The notes beneath the pieces are model-generated. The model was not told where the DNA came from. It saw only the letters and a program-made list of their open reading frames with translations, and ran no database searches. The position numbers were made by a program, and so were the translations under genes. Below, in pieces: positions 18,856 through 27,064 of a stretch of DNA of 64,000 nucleotides. This DNA is from a virus: positions 64,001-128,000 of IMG/VR virus record IMGVR_UViG_3300030108_004965; one strand, 5' to 3'. The first letter of the stretch is position 1, and the number at the start of each line of letters is the position of its first letter.

Positions 18856-19074
18856 TCAGGGAGTTACAGGGAACACTTCATGTGCATGAAGCCAATAGGC
18901 CGAACCAAGCGATTGAAAGTGAACCTTGACCAGAAGCGTTGCTTGGTTCTTGTAACCCTCGACAGCAACGACTATTCCGATAGAACAGGTTCGCCATTGT
19001 CGATAGACGTTCTCATGCACATGGATACGAAGTGTCTCGCTATCCACGGTCACAAGATCGCCCACCTCGAACAC
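18856..19074 (-). CDS. KOW/SH3-like mini-protein (GDLV family)
   Basis: MFEVGDLVTV...IGIVVAV...VKVHF...YWLHAHEV. Confidence 0.75.
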   Translation of the reverse strand: MFEVGDLVTVDSETLRIHVHENVYRQWRTCSIGIVVAVEGYKNQATLLVKVHFQSLGSAYWLHAHEVFPVTP

Positions 19075-19662
19075 CTATGAAACCAACTTTAAGGCGCATT
19101 GACCACGGACAACAGCGGCTACACCGTCCTTCTCAACCATTCTCATACCAGCCTTGCGGAAGTCCTCGATAAGTTGGGAATGTTCGGCAACATCATCACC
19201 AAAGCCATCACCAGCGATTTCATTGATATACTCTTGTATCCCCACAAGATCGAATACATAGATACTAACGTGTGGATTAGAAGTTGGATACTTCGTATAG
19301 GTGAAGTCAGGGAACTGACTACCATGTGCGCTATCCGCTTGATACACGATAAATCGGTTAAACTGTATCATTTCACGGGAAATGCGGTGCGCTTTGCTTG
19401 TATGGATCGAACCGCTTCTAACGTCTTTGGTAACGTATCTATAAGCATATTGGCGAAGCAAATCACCAGTAATCCCCTGAGCGATACGCTCAACAACCAC
19501 ACTGTCATGTTCCTCCATCAGTGCAGTCCAATAGATATAACCGCTGTCATCGCTTTCAAGTTTCAAGCCGTGAAGAGAATAGCCAAGAGCAGACATGAAG
19601 ATTGCTCTAAGAGCGTCGAGAGTTTGTAGTTGTGTATGACATTCAAAAGTAGGATTTAACAT
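19075..19662 (-). CDS. hypothetical protein (195 aa)
   Basis: Start MLNPTF after GGAG RBS. Confidence 0.7.
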   Translation of the reverse strand: MLNPTFECHTQLQTLDALRAIFMSALGYSLHGLKLESDDSGYIYWTALMEEHDSVVVERIAQGITGDLLRQYAYRYVTKDVRSGSIHTSKAHRISREMIQFNRFIVYQADSAHGSQFPDFTYTKYPTSNPHVSIYVFDLVGIQEYINEIAGDGFGDDVAEHSQLIEDFRKAGMRMVEKDGVAAVVRGQCALKLVS

Positions 19663-19741
19663 AAGAACTCCGAAGGAGAAGAGGTTATTGTAAATAGGGC
19701 TTAGAACCATTCCTTGCCCTCTTGTCTATATTGTATCTCGT

Positions 19742-20050
19742 TTAGAACAAACTGTCAAGTAAATCGGCTAAGTTTTTTGGATCTTTTCGGACATTTTTTG
19801 TCCGTTTCTTAAATCCTCCGTTGCGTCCTTGCTTGTAAAGTTCGTTGGCACGGGCTTCATCAATAAATTCTATTTCTTCTTTGAGATTGAAATGTTTTGT
19901 ACAAAAGAACCATTTTTTACCATGACCCATAGACTGAAAAGTGACCATCCACAAGTCATCATTCGGGTTCTTTCGGGGCTTTATCCAAAGAGCATAGCCA
20001 ACCCCATACACTTGATGTTCACAGTATTTATATTTATCATCATTCGACAT
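19742..20050 (-). CDS. hypothetical protein (102 aa)
   Basis: ORF with GAGG RBS. Confidence 0.7.
   Translation of the reverse strand: MSNDDKYKYCEHQVYGVGYALWIKPRKNPNDDLWMVTFQSMGHGKKWFFCTKHFNLKEEIEFIDEARANELYKQGRNGGFKKRTKNVRKDPKNLADLLDSLF
19789..19803. promoter_or_regulatory. palindromic operator GGACA-W5-TGTCC (inside ORF)
   Basis: CGGACATTTTTTGTCCG ~30 bp upstream of TTGACA at 19754-19759. Confidence 0.7.
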
Positions 20051-20065
20051 AATCGTAATCCTCAG

Positions 20066-20173
20066 TTAAAATGTGCAAGATGTTATGGTAGTGTGCATTG
20101 TAGTGAAAAATAACAGGAGTGTCGTAGTCATCGAAGAAATGAACATGCCAATAGTTATCAACTCTCTTGGCAT
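20066..20173 (-). CDS. small hydrophobic peptide (35 aa)
   Basis: Manual ORF MPRELITIGMFISSMTTTLLLFFTTMHTTITSCTF. Confidence 0.4.
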   Translation of the reverse strand: MPRELITIGMFISSMTTTLLLFFTTMHTTITSCTF

Positions 20174-20206
20174 GTCCGTATCCTCGATCAAAGTGACGAA
20201 CCAAAA

Positions 20207-20512
20207 TCATCGTCTGTTCTGCGGCAGAAGGCCGGAAGCCACCGCAGTCTCGACTAATACGACGTTTCGCCTTGGTACACGTTGCTTCACCATGCCAACA
20301 TGCTGTGATGTCGTTTGAGACTTGTAAGCGTTGCCACGGGCAGTGTAGTCGTATACTAGGGTAGTAGCCTTTCCATAATCATCTGGAATATGTTCGGCAA
20401 TCCGTAGGTTGTAAGAGAAGAGAGATTGACCATCTGTGGTCAATGCACCCCCATTTGCTGGTCGTTGGTTCATAAAAGCATTTACTACTTGTTCGTTAGT
20501 GTGTCTAGCCAT
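20207..20512 (-). CDS. hypothetical protein, paralog of 18483..18761
   Basis: TNEQVVNAF...TDGQSLFSYNLRIAE...VYDYTA...SQTTSQHVGMVK. Confidence 0.75.
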   Translation of the reverse strand: MARHTNEQVVNAFMNQRPANGGALTTDGQSLFSYNLRIAEHIPDDYGKATTLVYDYTARGNAYKSQTTSQHVGMVKQRVPRRNVVLVETAVASGLLPQNRR

Positions 20513-20531
20513 TGTTACCTCCAATGGGTTT

Positions 20532-20575
20532 TGGGTTGTATATAATACCTATCGGGTTGGATAGGATTTGTCAAG
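20532..20575 (-). promoter_or_regulatory. class-B early promoter (TTGACA-N17-AACCCGATAGGT type)
   Basis: TTGACAaatcctatccAACCCGATAGGTATtatatacaacccaa. Confidence 0.7.
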
Positions 20576-20598
20576 AAAAAAGTTGAAAATAGTTCCAA

Positions 20599-20997
20599 TC
20601 ACCCCAGTTCTTCGCAAGCCAGATCAGCCTTTAATCTTCTGACCAGTGCGCCAGTCTTGCCCATGTCGGGGTGTGAGGTGATCAGATCGTAGGTAGGCAT
20701 GAGCCAGATTGGTTTGTGTTTTAGTTTATTAACGAACAGCAGGGCATTTTTGTAACTTGGAAATACCCCAACTTGCGCTCCAGAAAGCAGGTGAGTTACA
20801 ACATGCTTTTTGCTGTATCGTGTCCGTTCTTTTTGCTGTTTCTCTTTCCATTCTTTCACGCACCGATGAATGATAAAAGGATAAACATGTTCGGCTGGCA
20901 TTGTACAGGTCAGTTGATCAAAGTTGTATGTCATAATGTTAATTGTTTGTCTCGTAAGGCTCATAAACGCTCCTATAAGGCATTTGTGAAGGTTCAT
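20599..20997 (-). CDS. hypothetical protein (start uncertain)
   Basis: ORF track. Confidence 0.6.
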   Translation of the reverse strand: MNLHKCLIGAFMSLTRQTINIMTYNFDQLTCTMPAEHVYPFIIHRCVKEWKEKQQKERTRYSKKHVVTHLLSGAQVGVFPSYKNALLFVNKLKHKPIWLMPTYDLITSHPDMGKTGALVRRLKADLACEELG

Positions 20998-21024
20998 AGG
21001 GGTACAGGTAGGGTAGGAGGAGAG

Positions 21025-21042
21025 AAGCCCCTAAAGGGGCTT
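21025..21042 (-). terminator. hairpin overlapping the stop codon of the VWA gene
   Basis: AAGCCCC-TAAA-GGGGCTT, followed on the transcript by a C-rich tract rather than a U-tract. Confidence 0.45.
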
Positions 21043-22294
21043 ATTTGTCCACCGCAATGACACGCTCATTCGTTGTGAAGTATGGACGAGAAGCACACTC
21101 CGGAGTAGTCATCCACATACGCTGACACTTCGATGGTACGGGCTTAGGTGCTTCCATATCAGTTAGAATGATATGACCATCAAAGTTGCGCTCATTGACC
21201 CAACGGGTCGGAGCGTCGAAGCAAGTACCACCGCAAGAGACACGCTCGAAGGTTCGACGTTTCCCCTTCTTCCAGACATAGACTTCATCTTCAGCAACGA
21301 CTGTATCGAAGGGAACAACGGTAAACTCGGCATACTTGGCAAGTCCGTTAAGTTCTGCGAAGAAGATGGAAAGCATTTGATCTGAAACAGATCCCGACTG
21401 GTCGATAGAGATAGCAATCTTGGCTGTACGGTTGACCTTCTTTCCAGCATGAATGTAAGGGAAACGCTTGTTAATCCTACGGACTGTCGAGCGACGATTA
21501 GCCCGTTGGGAAGTCTTGACAAAGTATCGAAGCACAGACCGCCAGTTCACCTTCGGTGTAACCATATCTTGGATCTTCTTTCTCATACCTTGGGATACAG
21601 TACCCCAGCCACGACCGCCAGCATTGACTTCATCGGTTGCCTTGCGGATAACGTCTTTCAAGCGTTCCTCGGCCATAGCCTTAGTCTCTTGATCGACTTC
21701 TCCCCAACCGCTGTGGTCATCGAGGCTATCAGGCAAGCCGCCACCGCCTTTACCTTGCCCATCACCATCGGAAGGATCGCCAGAGCCAGAACCTTCGCCA
21801 TCTTGACCTTCGCCTTGACCTTCGCCTTCGCCATCTTTAGGCTTGAACTGCTCGTCATTCTGAAGTTTGGAGAAGTACCACTCAGCCGACATTTCCAGAG
21901 GATAGTCTTGAAACGGCTCTTGTGTCGGGATACAGCCACCTTCGGGAAGTTTACCAACCAAGAAGGAGTTGATCGCAAGGTCTGTGGCTACATTCCACAT
22001 TTTGGACATACCCTCCGGTGGTAGGCGACCAGTAACATGTTCTAAGATAAGATGATAAAACTCATGCATAAGAACCCCAAGCCGCTGTTCTTCTGGAAGA
22101 TCAGCAAAGAAGTTAGGATTGTACATCATGACGAACTGAGCAGTCTCTTTGTCAATCATTACACCAGCGGTAGGAATAGCGGTGCTTTCCACTTTGTGAA
22201 TACGACGAGACAAGCCAGCGAAGAAGGGTTCGGATTGTAGCAACTTGAAAGTGTGTTTGTTCAAGTCAAACTTGGGAGTTGTTTTGTCAGTCAT
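21041..22294 (-). CDS. DUF2201-type metallopeptidase + VWA-like domain protein
   Basis: GVLMHEFYH (HExxH); G/E/D linker; IAISIDQSGSV (MIDAS); GGTCF; IILTDME. Confidence 0.85.
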   Translation of the reverse strand: MTDKTTPKFDLNKHTFKLLQSEPFFAGLSRRIHKVESTAIPTAGVMIDKETAQFVMMYNPNFFADLPEEQRLGVLMHEFYHLILEHVTGRLPPEGMSKMWNVATDLAINSFLVGKLPEGGCIPTQEPFQDYPLEMSAEWYFSKLQNDEQFKPKDGEGEGQGEGQDGEGSGSGDPSDGDGQGKGGGGLPDSLDDHSGWGEVDQETKAMAEERLKDVIRKATDEVNAGGRGWGTVSQGMRKKIQDMVTPKVNWRSVLRYFVKTSQRANRRSTVRRINKRFPYIHAGKKVNRTAKIAISIDQSGSVSDQMLSIFFAELNGLAKYAEFTVVPFDTVVAEDEVYVWKKGKRRTFERVSCGGTCFDAPTRWVNERNFDGHIILTDMEAPKPVPSKCQRMWMTTPECASRPYFTTNERVIAVDK

Positions 22295-22310
22295 AAGACC
22301 TCCAAGGTTT

Positions 22311-22354
22311 TGGGTTATGTAATATACTTATCGGGTTAGACAGGAGTTGTCAAG
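22311..22354 (-). promoter_or_regulatory. class-B early promoter
   Basis: TTGACAactcctgtctAACCCGATAAGTATattacataaccca. Confidence 0.7.
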
Positions 22355-22393
22355 AAAAAGGAGTAAAAAACCTTGACAACCCCCGTCACTTCG

Positions 22394-23458
22394 TTAGTCC
22401 TTCTTAGCACCAAGGATCTCGATCATGTAATCACGAACAGAAGAACCGTTGGAAAGTTGCACAGAATGGACACCAGAAGCGTTGTGACGCTGTTCAGCAC
22501 CTGAAGCAATAACAGTCCAGAAAGACATGCCAATCTCCGATGGTAGCGTGATCATGTACTCAGCAACATTTTTCAGTTGATCAGCAGACAACTTATCATC
22601 GAAGCACTTAGATTGCTTGAACTTCTCGATAAGAGCGTTGTGGTCGTTGATCTTGAAGTCTTTGGTCAAATCAAGTTTGCCTTCATCCAAGATGTTCTCG
22701 ACAGTTACAATCTTCTTGTAGTTTGCAACGAAGTCATTGAAAGCGACCGCACCCTCGAAGCCAATGAAAGAAGAGGCAAGGTGATAAAGCACAGGGCTTT
22801 GCTTAATCTCCCCATTCATCGAGAGTAGAGCGTCTGAAAGACGAACCCAAGAGCGACGAGAAGGATAAACCTTGTTAGGCTCGTATTCATCGGTATGTTC
22901 AAGGTGTTGATGGTTTTGGTTGATGAAGTCCCAGATTTGAGAAACTACGTTTCCATCTGCCCAATCGAGCCAATCTTCAACCGTAGGTTGTACATCAAAG
23001 ACAGTATAGCGATCCAGTTCCGCTGGATCCATTTCACCAACTTGATACTGTGCCCCGTGTTCTCCACCGTTTACACAAGCAAAGATAAGGGTGTCGGGGT
23101 GTAGGGTATACCCTGCGATCTTCCGACTGTCGCATAACTCGAAGATACCTTGGCGAACTTCCATAGTTGCACGGTCTACTTCATCGAGGAATAGGATAGC
23201 AGGTTCATTGCAAGCGTTATGCAACCATTCTGGTGCAAGCCACGTAGTAACGTTGCCCTCTACCTTTGGTAGACCAAGCAAGTCACCTTCGGTCATCTGT
23301 GAAGCACGACGCTCGATGACAGGCAGACCACGGGCTTCTGCAATCTGATAGACGATAGCGGATTTACCGATACCGTGACGACCACGAATGAGAACAGGAA
23401 ACTTAGCGTCAAGGATGAAAGGAAGAACTGAGTTGAGAGTTTTGAAGTCAATAGCCAT
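22394..23458 (-). CDS. MoxR-like AAA+ ATPase
   Basis: Walker A GRHGIGKS, Walker B ILFLDEVDR, ELDRY; adjacent to VWA partner. Confidence 0.9.
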   Translation of the reverse strand: MAIDFKTLNSVLPFILDAKFPVLIRGRHGIGKSAIVYQIAEARGLPVIERRASQMTEGDLLGLPKVEGNVTTWLAPEWLHNACNEPAILFLDEVDRATMEVRQGIFELCDSRKIAGYTLHPDTLIFACVNGGEHGAQYQVGEMDPAELDRYTVFDVQPTVEDWLDWADGNVVSQIWDFINQNHQHLEHTDEYEPNKVYPSRRSWVRLSDALLSMNGEIKQSPVLYHLASSFIGFEGAVAFNDFVANYKKIVTVENILDEGKLDLTKDFKINDHNALIEKFKQSKCFDDKLSADQLKNVAEYMITLPSEIGMSFWTVIASGAEQRHNASGVHSVQLSNGSSVRDYMIEILGAKKD

Positions 23459-23578
23459 AGTTGGCCTCCAAGGGTGTGTCCAGTAAGGACGGGTTATATA
23501 ATAAATAGTGATTGAGAATAGAAAGGTTGTTGTTTCGCTTTCATACTAATAATGTATCATGCTATCAGAAAAAAGCAA

Positions 23579-23593
23579 GGTCAAAAAATGTCC
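23579..23593. promoter_or_regulatory. palindromic operator (GGTCA-W5-TGTCC)
   Basis: GGTCAAAAAATGTCC abutting TTGCTT / TGaTACATT promoter. Confidence 0.7.
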
Positions 23594-23757
23594 GTTTTTA
23601 TTTTGCCTCGACAGGCTCGTTTGTTGCGCTTCTTTTTTTTATCGGTGTGCGCTCCAGCACCGCTTCTTTGAAATGCGTGAACTGCTATCCAGTTACGCTC
23701 TTTGGGTTGTTTATTCTTCTTAGAAGATTTGCAGGGTGATCTACACTTGTATGACAT
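23581..23757 (-). CDS. small basic protein (58 aa)
   Basis: Manual ORF MSYKCRSPCK...ERNWIAVHAFQRSGAGAHTDKKKKRNKRACRGK, GGAGG RBS. Confidence 0.6.
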   Translation of the reverse strand: MSYKCRSPCKSSKKNKQPKERNWIAVHAFQRSGAGAHTDKKKKRNKRACRGKIKTDIF

Positions 23758-23771
23758 GGTGTCCTCCAGAT

Positions 23772-23843
23772 TTAAGCGTTAATGATACCAGCAAAGGCAT
23801 ACATAGTGAAAAGAAAGGCGATGTAGATAGTGATCAAAGTCAT
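23772..23843 (-). CDS. small membrane peptide (23 aa)
   Basis: Manual ORF MTLITIYIAFLFTMYAFAGIINA, GGAGG RBS, first gene behind a class-B promoter. Confidence 0.5.
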   Translation of the reverse strand: MTLITIYIAFLFTMYAFAGIINA

Positions 23844-23874
23844 AGTGACCTCCAAGTTGATCGGTTGTTGTTTC

Positions 23875-23930
23875 GGTTATATTATACTCTTATCGGGTTA
23901 GGTTAGATTTGTCAAGAAAAAAGTTTATTT
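23875..23930 (-). promoter_or_regulatory. class-B early promoter
   Basis: AATAAACTTTTTTCTTGACA...AACCCGATAAGAGTAT; near-identical to 24974 and 26246 copies. Confidence 0.75.
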
Positions 23931-24088
23931 TTTTCTATCACCTCGAAATTCTGGTCGAGTGTCCATTCCACCCCCCAACTGTTGTTAAGCCAATGGATTT
24001 TGGTTGTACTGGCTACTTTGTTTGTTTCTACTATTATCCCCAGCGCACGGGTGTGGACACGGTGTCTTACTAAATCTCCTATTTGCAT
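23912..24088 (-). CDS. KOW/SH3-like mini-protein (GDLV family, 58 aa)
   Basis: Manual ORF MQIGDLVRHRVHTRALGIIVE...IHWLN...FEVIEK. Confidence 0.7.
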   Translation of the reverse strand: MQIGDLVRHRVHTRALGIIVETNKVASTTKIHWLNNSWGVEWTLDQNFEVIEKNKLFS

Positions 24089-24261
24089 AAGACCTCCAGT
24101 TTATTAATCCAGTAATCCCCAACTCCCATTCCATTGAGCCAATGAACAGTTACCATAGTATAAATGCTCTCCGATGGCGATGTTATTTTCCTGAGTTCAA
24201 CCACAATACCCATGCCTTGGTGCATATCACTTTCATGCATTACTAAAGTTCCTATTTCCAT
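24079..24261 (-). CDS. KOW/SH3-like mini-protein (GDLV family)
   Basis: MEIGTLV...MGIVVEL...VHWLNG...KLEVLCK*. Confidence 0.75.
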   Translation of the reverse strand: MEIGTLVMHESDMHQGMGIVVELRKITSPSESIYTMVTVHWLNGMGVGDYWINKLEVLCK

Positions 24262-24956
24262 TATTTACCTCGCTTTTTACGGGATACAAGTTTGATTGCT
24301 CGCTCTTGTCGAAGTTGTTCGCCCGAAGGGAACATTATTCTGTATGTTCGAGTTCCACCTTTGGTTTTGTTGTATGTCGCGACCTCATGGACAACAGAAG
24401 CATCTACTTCTGTGATGAAGCCCATCTCTTTGTGTTCTCCCTGCTTCTCCTGCCAGTAGGTATATTCAGACTTGCGAACCTGTACCAAGTCACCTACGGA
24501 GTAGAGTAGGGGCTTTTCAAAAGTGTCTCGAAGTCTTGGGGCTAACTTGGAAGAAGTAAGTCTATTGCAATCTTCGAGACACGGTACACTACCTTCCGTA
24601 TCACGGGAGGCATGCAACACAGCACGAGCAGTTCGCTTGCGGTTGTCGATGTGATGGGCATAAGCCGATTGTCTTGAAGTGAGGAAGAAGGTAGCCAAGA
24701 ACAGAACCCATTCGCGATATGCACCATCCTCTTGCCACATTATACGGTGGTTCTCACGTTCTTCATCAATCTTACTAGCCTTCTCGTCCGAGTTGCGTTC
24801 CATAAGAACCTGAGCGAACTGGGCTTGACCAGAAGTCAATGCGCCCCACTTCTTCAGGCTTCTCGCCATGTCCTCTAGGATGCCGCTGTCTCGCAGATTA
24901 TTGAGTTTGTAGGCGTTGTTCATAGCGTTGATAAGTTGGTTGTGAGTGATGGTCAT
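24261..24956 (-). CDS. hypothetical protein with C-terminal GDLV/KOW-like domain
   Basis: ...YSVGDLVQVRKS...MGFITEV...YRIMF...ERAIKLV. Confidence 0.7.
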   Translation of the reverse strand: MTITHNQLINAMNNAYKLNNLRDSGILEDMARSLKKWGALTSGQAQFAQVLMERNSDEKASKIDEERENHRIMWQEDGAYREWVLFLATFFLTSRQSAYAHHIDNRKRTARAVLHASRDTEGSVPCLEDCNRLTSSKLAPRLRDTFEKPLLYSVGDLVQVRKSEYTYWQEKQGEHKEMGFITEVDASVVHEVATYNKTKGGTRTYRIMFPSGEQLRQERAIKLVSRKKRGK

Positions 24957-24973
24957 TGTGACCTCCATTGTTT

Positions 24974-25031
24974 TGGGTTATATAATACTCTTATCGGGTT
25001 GAGTTAGATTTGTCAAGAAAAAAGTTTATTT
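24974..25031 (-). promoter_or_regulatory. class-B early promoter
   Basis: TTGACAaatctaactcAACCCGATAAGAGTATtatataaccc. Confidence 0.75.
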
Positions 25032-25213
25032 TAGTTGTTATCGGCCATTCTGTCGGCAACCATTAGCATAGCCAAAACTGTCTCCCAAATCAAGTCGCTA
25101 TCTTCTTTCGACAAATGCTTGGTTTCCTCGATTGTTGCTTGTATAAGTCCGGCAAAACTTAGGTTCTCCGCTAACTTCCTTATATTCTCTTCTGCTTGTT
25201 CAAATGGTGTCAT
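25031..25213 (-). CDS. hypothetical protein (60 aa)
   Basis: ORF with GGAGG RBS. Confidence 0.65.
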   Translation of the reverse strand: MTPFEQAEENIRKLAENLSFAGLIQATIEETKHLSKEDSDLIWETVLAMLMVADRMADNN

Positions 25214-25544
25214 AGCCAGCCTCCATCATTATCAATGCAAAGGAAGTCAAGAGTTCATCGGCTGTGTGATCTCTGCCACCAGCGATTTCAACCATGCGGT
25301 CGACCTTTCCTTCTTCATTACAAGCAAACACTAATGTTTCCAAGTAGCCCATTCGGGTGCTTTCCGAGATTACGAAGTGATTGATCTTCGTAGCACCACC
25401 AATCAAAGAGCCGTGATTGCTTGGGTATCCATCGCTATCAATATAAAGACCCCATTCGGGAGCATGGACAACATACTGCTTGATGTAGGTATCATCGGAA
25501 AACACTGTCTTTTCTGTTTCGTTTATTACCTTCGGTATCATCAT
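25200..25544 (-). CDS. hypothetical protein (114 aa)
   Basis: ORF with GGAGG RBS. Confidence 0.7.
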   Translation of the reverse strand: MMIPKVINETEKTVFSDDTYIKQYVVHAPEWGLYIDSDGYPSNHGSLIGGATKINHFVISESTRMGYLETLVFACNEEGKVDRMVEIAGGRDHTADELLTSFALIMMEAGYDTI

Positions 25545-25738
25545 TTATCACCTTCCTTTGTTGGTGGTTGGAAGCCCATAGAAGGCTTCTCTGTGGCTTC
25601 TGGTGGTGTTGCCCGAACCATCATGGGCATACCCCCCATTTGGGGTGGTAGAGTAGCACTGGACAGGGCTAACACAGTTATTACTTTGTTTAATAGTTCA
25701 TCGGAAATGTCGATGGTTAGTTTGATTTGATTACTCAT
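25541..25738 (-). CDS. hypothetical protein (65 aa)
   Basis: Start MSNQIKL; RBS supplied by the LEVL codons of the upstream GDLV gene. Confidence 0.65.
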   Translation of the reverse strand: MSNQIKLTIDISDELLNKVITVLALSSATLPPQMGGMPMMVRATPPEATEKPSMGFQPPTKEGDK

Positions 25739-25917
25739 AGTACCTCCAAGTATCGGGGATCGCACCATTGCAATCCGTTTAGTTTTTTTATTTCATGTCC
25801 GAGGAAATGGACACGGATAGTGTGGTGTCCTCGGATTGGTTTGTTGTCGATAAGCACGACAATGCCTGATCTGAAGCCAAGTGCGCTCCCCATTCTTACC
25901 AAGTCTCCTACTTGCAT
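25735..25917 (-). CDS. KOW/SH3-like mini-protein (GDLV family)
   Basis: MQVGDLVRM...SGIVVLI...VHF...YLEVL*. Confidence 0.75.
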   Translation of the reverse strand: MQVGDLVRMGSALGFRSGIVVLIDNKPIRGHHTIRVHFLGHEIKKLNGLQWCDPRYLEVL

Positions 25918-26069
25918 ATTACCTCCAAATCCCACACAGACATATTGCATATATCCCCATCATTCCAAAGGACTTCCACTTCATTGTCGTCGCCTATCTG
26001 TTCGGGGTCTATACAGGCAATGATACCGATGTGTCCTTGGTCGTGTCTAACTAAGTCTCCTACTTTCAT
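25908..26069 (-). CDS. KOW/SH3-like mini-protein (GDLV family)
   Basis: MKVGDLVRHDQGHIGIIAC...VLWNDG...DLEVICK*. Confidence 0.8.
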   Translation of the reverse strand: MKVGDLVRHDQGHIGIIACIDPEQIGDDNEVEVLWNDGDICNMSVWDLEVICK

Positions 26070-26227
26070 ACGGCCTCCAAGTCGTCGGGGTTGCTTGTCC
26101 AAGTCTTTGCTCCACTGTGTTCTCCAAACCATTGGACATGGTGGTGAAAACCTACTATCTCGATGATGACACCGAGACACTGTGTGTGTCTGCAAGATAC
26201 CAATGTTCCTACTTTCCAGTTTCGCAT
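26066..26227 (-). CDS. KOW/SH3-like mini-protein (GDLV family, 53 aa)
   Basis: Manual ORF MRNWKVGTLV...LGVIIEI...VQWF...DLEAV*. Confidence 0.7.
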   Translation of the reverse strand: MRNWKVGTLVSCRHTQCLGVIIEIVGFHHHVQWFGEHSGAKTWTSNPDDLEAV

Positions 26228-26245
26228 AAGACCTCCAAGTCTTTT

Positions 26246-26301
26246 TGGTTATATTATACTCTTATCGGGTTGAATTGGATTTGTCAAGAAAAAAGTTTAT
26301 T
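26246..26301 (-). promoter_or_regulatory. class-B early promoter
   Basis: TTGACAaatccaattcAACCCGATAAGAGTATaatataacc. Confidence 0.75.
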
Positions 26302-26530
26302 TTAGTTCTATGACCTCGAAGCAGTGGGAGTATTCCATTTCGAGTTCTTCTTCTGTGTATGATAGGATGGTGGTGTAGTCCTTCCCTAGTCCACGCACAT
26401 TTCGGGGGCAAACCCAATAAATACTGTAAATGTTATCACCACGATAGTCTACATAGACTTGGAAAACTACGCCTGTATCTCGACAACCTCCAGTTGTATC
26501 TATGATAAGTTGTCCAAGTTTCAGTTTCAT
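26297..26530 (-). CDS. KOW/SH3-like mini-protein (divergent)
   Basis: LKLGQLII...TGVVFQV...IYW...FEVIELK. Confidence 0.7.
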   Translation of the reverse strand: MKLKLGQLIIDTTGGCRDTGVVFQVYVDYRGDNIYSIYWVCPRNVRGLGKDYTTILSYTEEELEMEYSHCFEVIELK

Positions 26531-26688
26531 AATGCCTCCAAGTCACAGGGGTCTAGCCACCCACCAGTTTGGTGTTGTATCTCGAACCAATAAACCCTTG
26601 CATATGTTTTCGATCCCCATTCCATAACATGGGTTACAACACCCATCAGCCCGTTGACTTCGCCTCTTATCAAATCTCCAACATTCAT
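26527..26688 (-). CDS. KOW/SH3-like mini-protein (GDLV family, 53 aa)
   Basis: Manual ORF MNVGDLIRGEVNGLMGVVTHV...VYWF...DLEAL*. Confidence 0.75.
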   Translation of the reverse strand: MNVGDLIRGEVNGLMGVVTHVMEWGSKTYARVYWFEIQHQTGGWLDPCDLEAL

Positions 26689-26897
26689 TTCGCCCCCTTA
26701 AATCTTTTGATTTCATATCGAGCCATAGGGAAGTTGTATGTTGTTCCGTCTTTTTTATACCAGTCAATCTGGTAGCCATGTCTTTGGTTCTTATATTCTA
26801 CGACCATTCCGAAAAGTCCGAGGACATTGTGGTTCTGGTCTAGTTTCTTCCCAGCCGCAGATAGTTCGACCAGTTCGCCATTCTCTATTCTTTTCAT
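26685..26897 (-). CDS. KOW/SH3-like mini-protein (divergent)
   Basis: IENGELVEL...FGMVVEY...IDWY..DG. Confidence 0.7.
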   Translation of the reverse strand: MKRIENGELVELSAAGKKLDQNHNVLGLFGMVVEYKNQRHGYQIDWYKKDGTTYNFPMARYEIKRFKGAK

Positions 26898-27064
26898 AGT
26901 GCCTCCAGCACTTGCTTTGTTGCGTAGTATTCCCAGTCTAAGGACTGGTCAAGGGTTATTACTTTGTAAACGGGGTCATCTGTTGCAAGGTCATCATAGG
27001 TTATACCAACGATAAGCACGATCTCCTCGACAGTTTTGTCAAACGCTATGTCTCCTATTTGCAT
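26894..27064 (-). CDS. KOW/SH3-like mini-protein (GDLV family, 56 aa)
   Basis: Manual ORF MQIGDIAFDKTVEEIVLIVGI...QVLEAL*. Confidence 0.7.
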   Translation of the reverse strand: MQIGDIAFDKTVEEIVLIVGITYDDLATDDPVYKVITLDQSLDWEYYATKQVLEAL

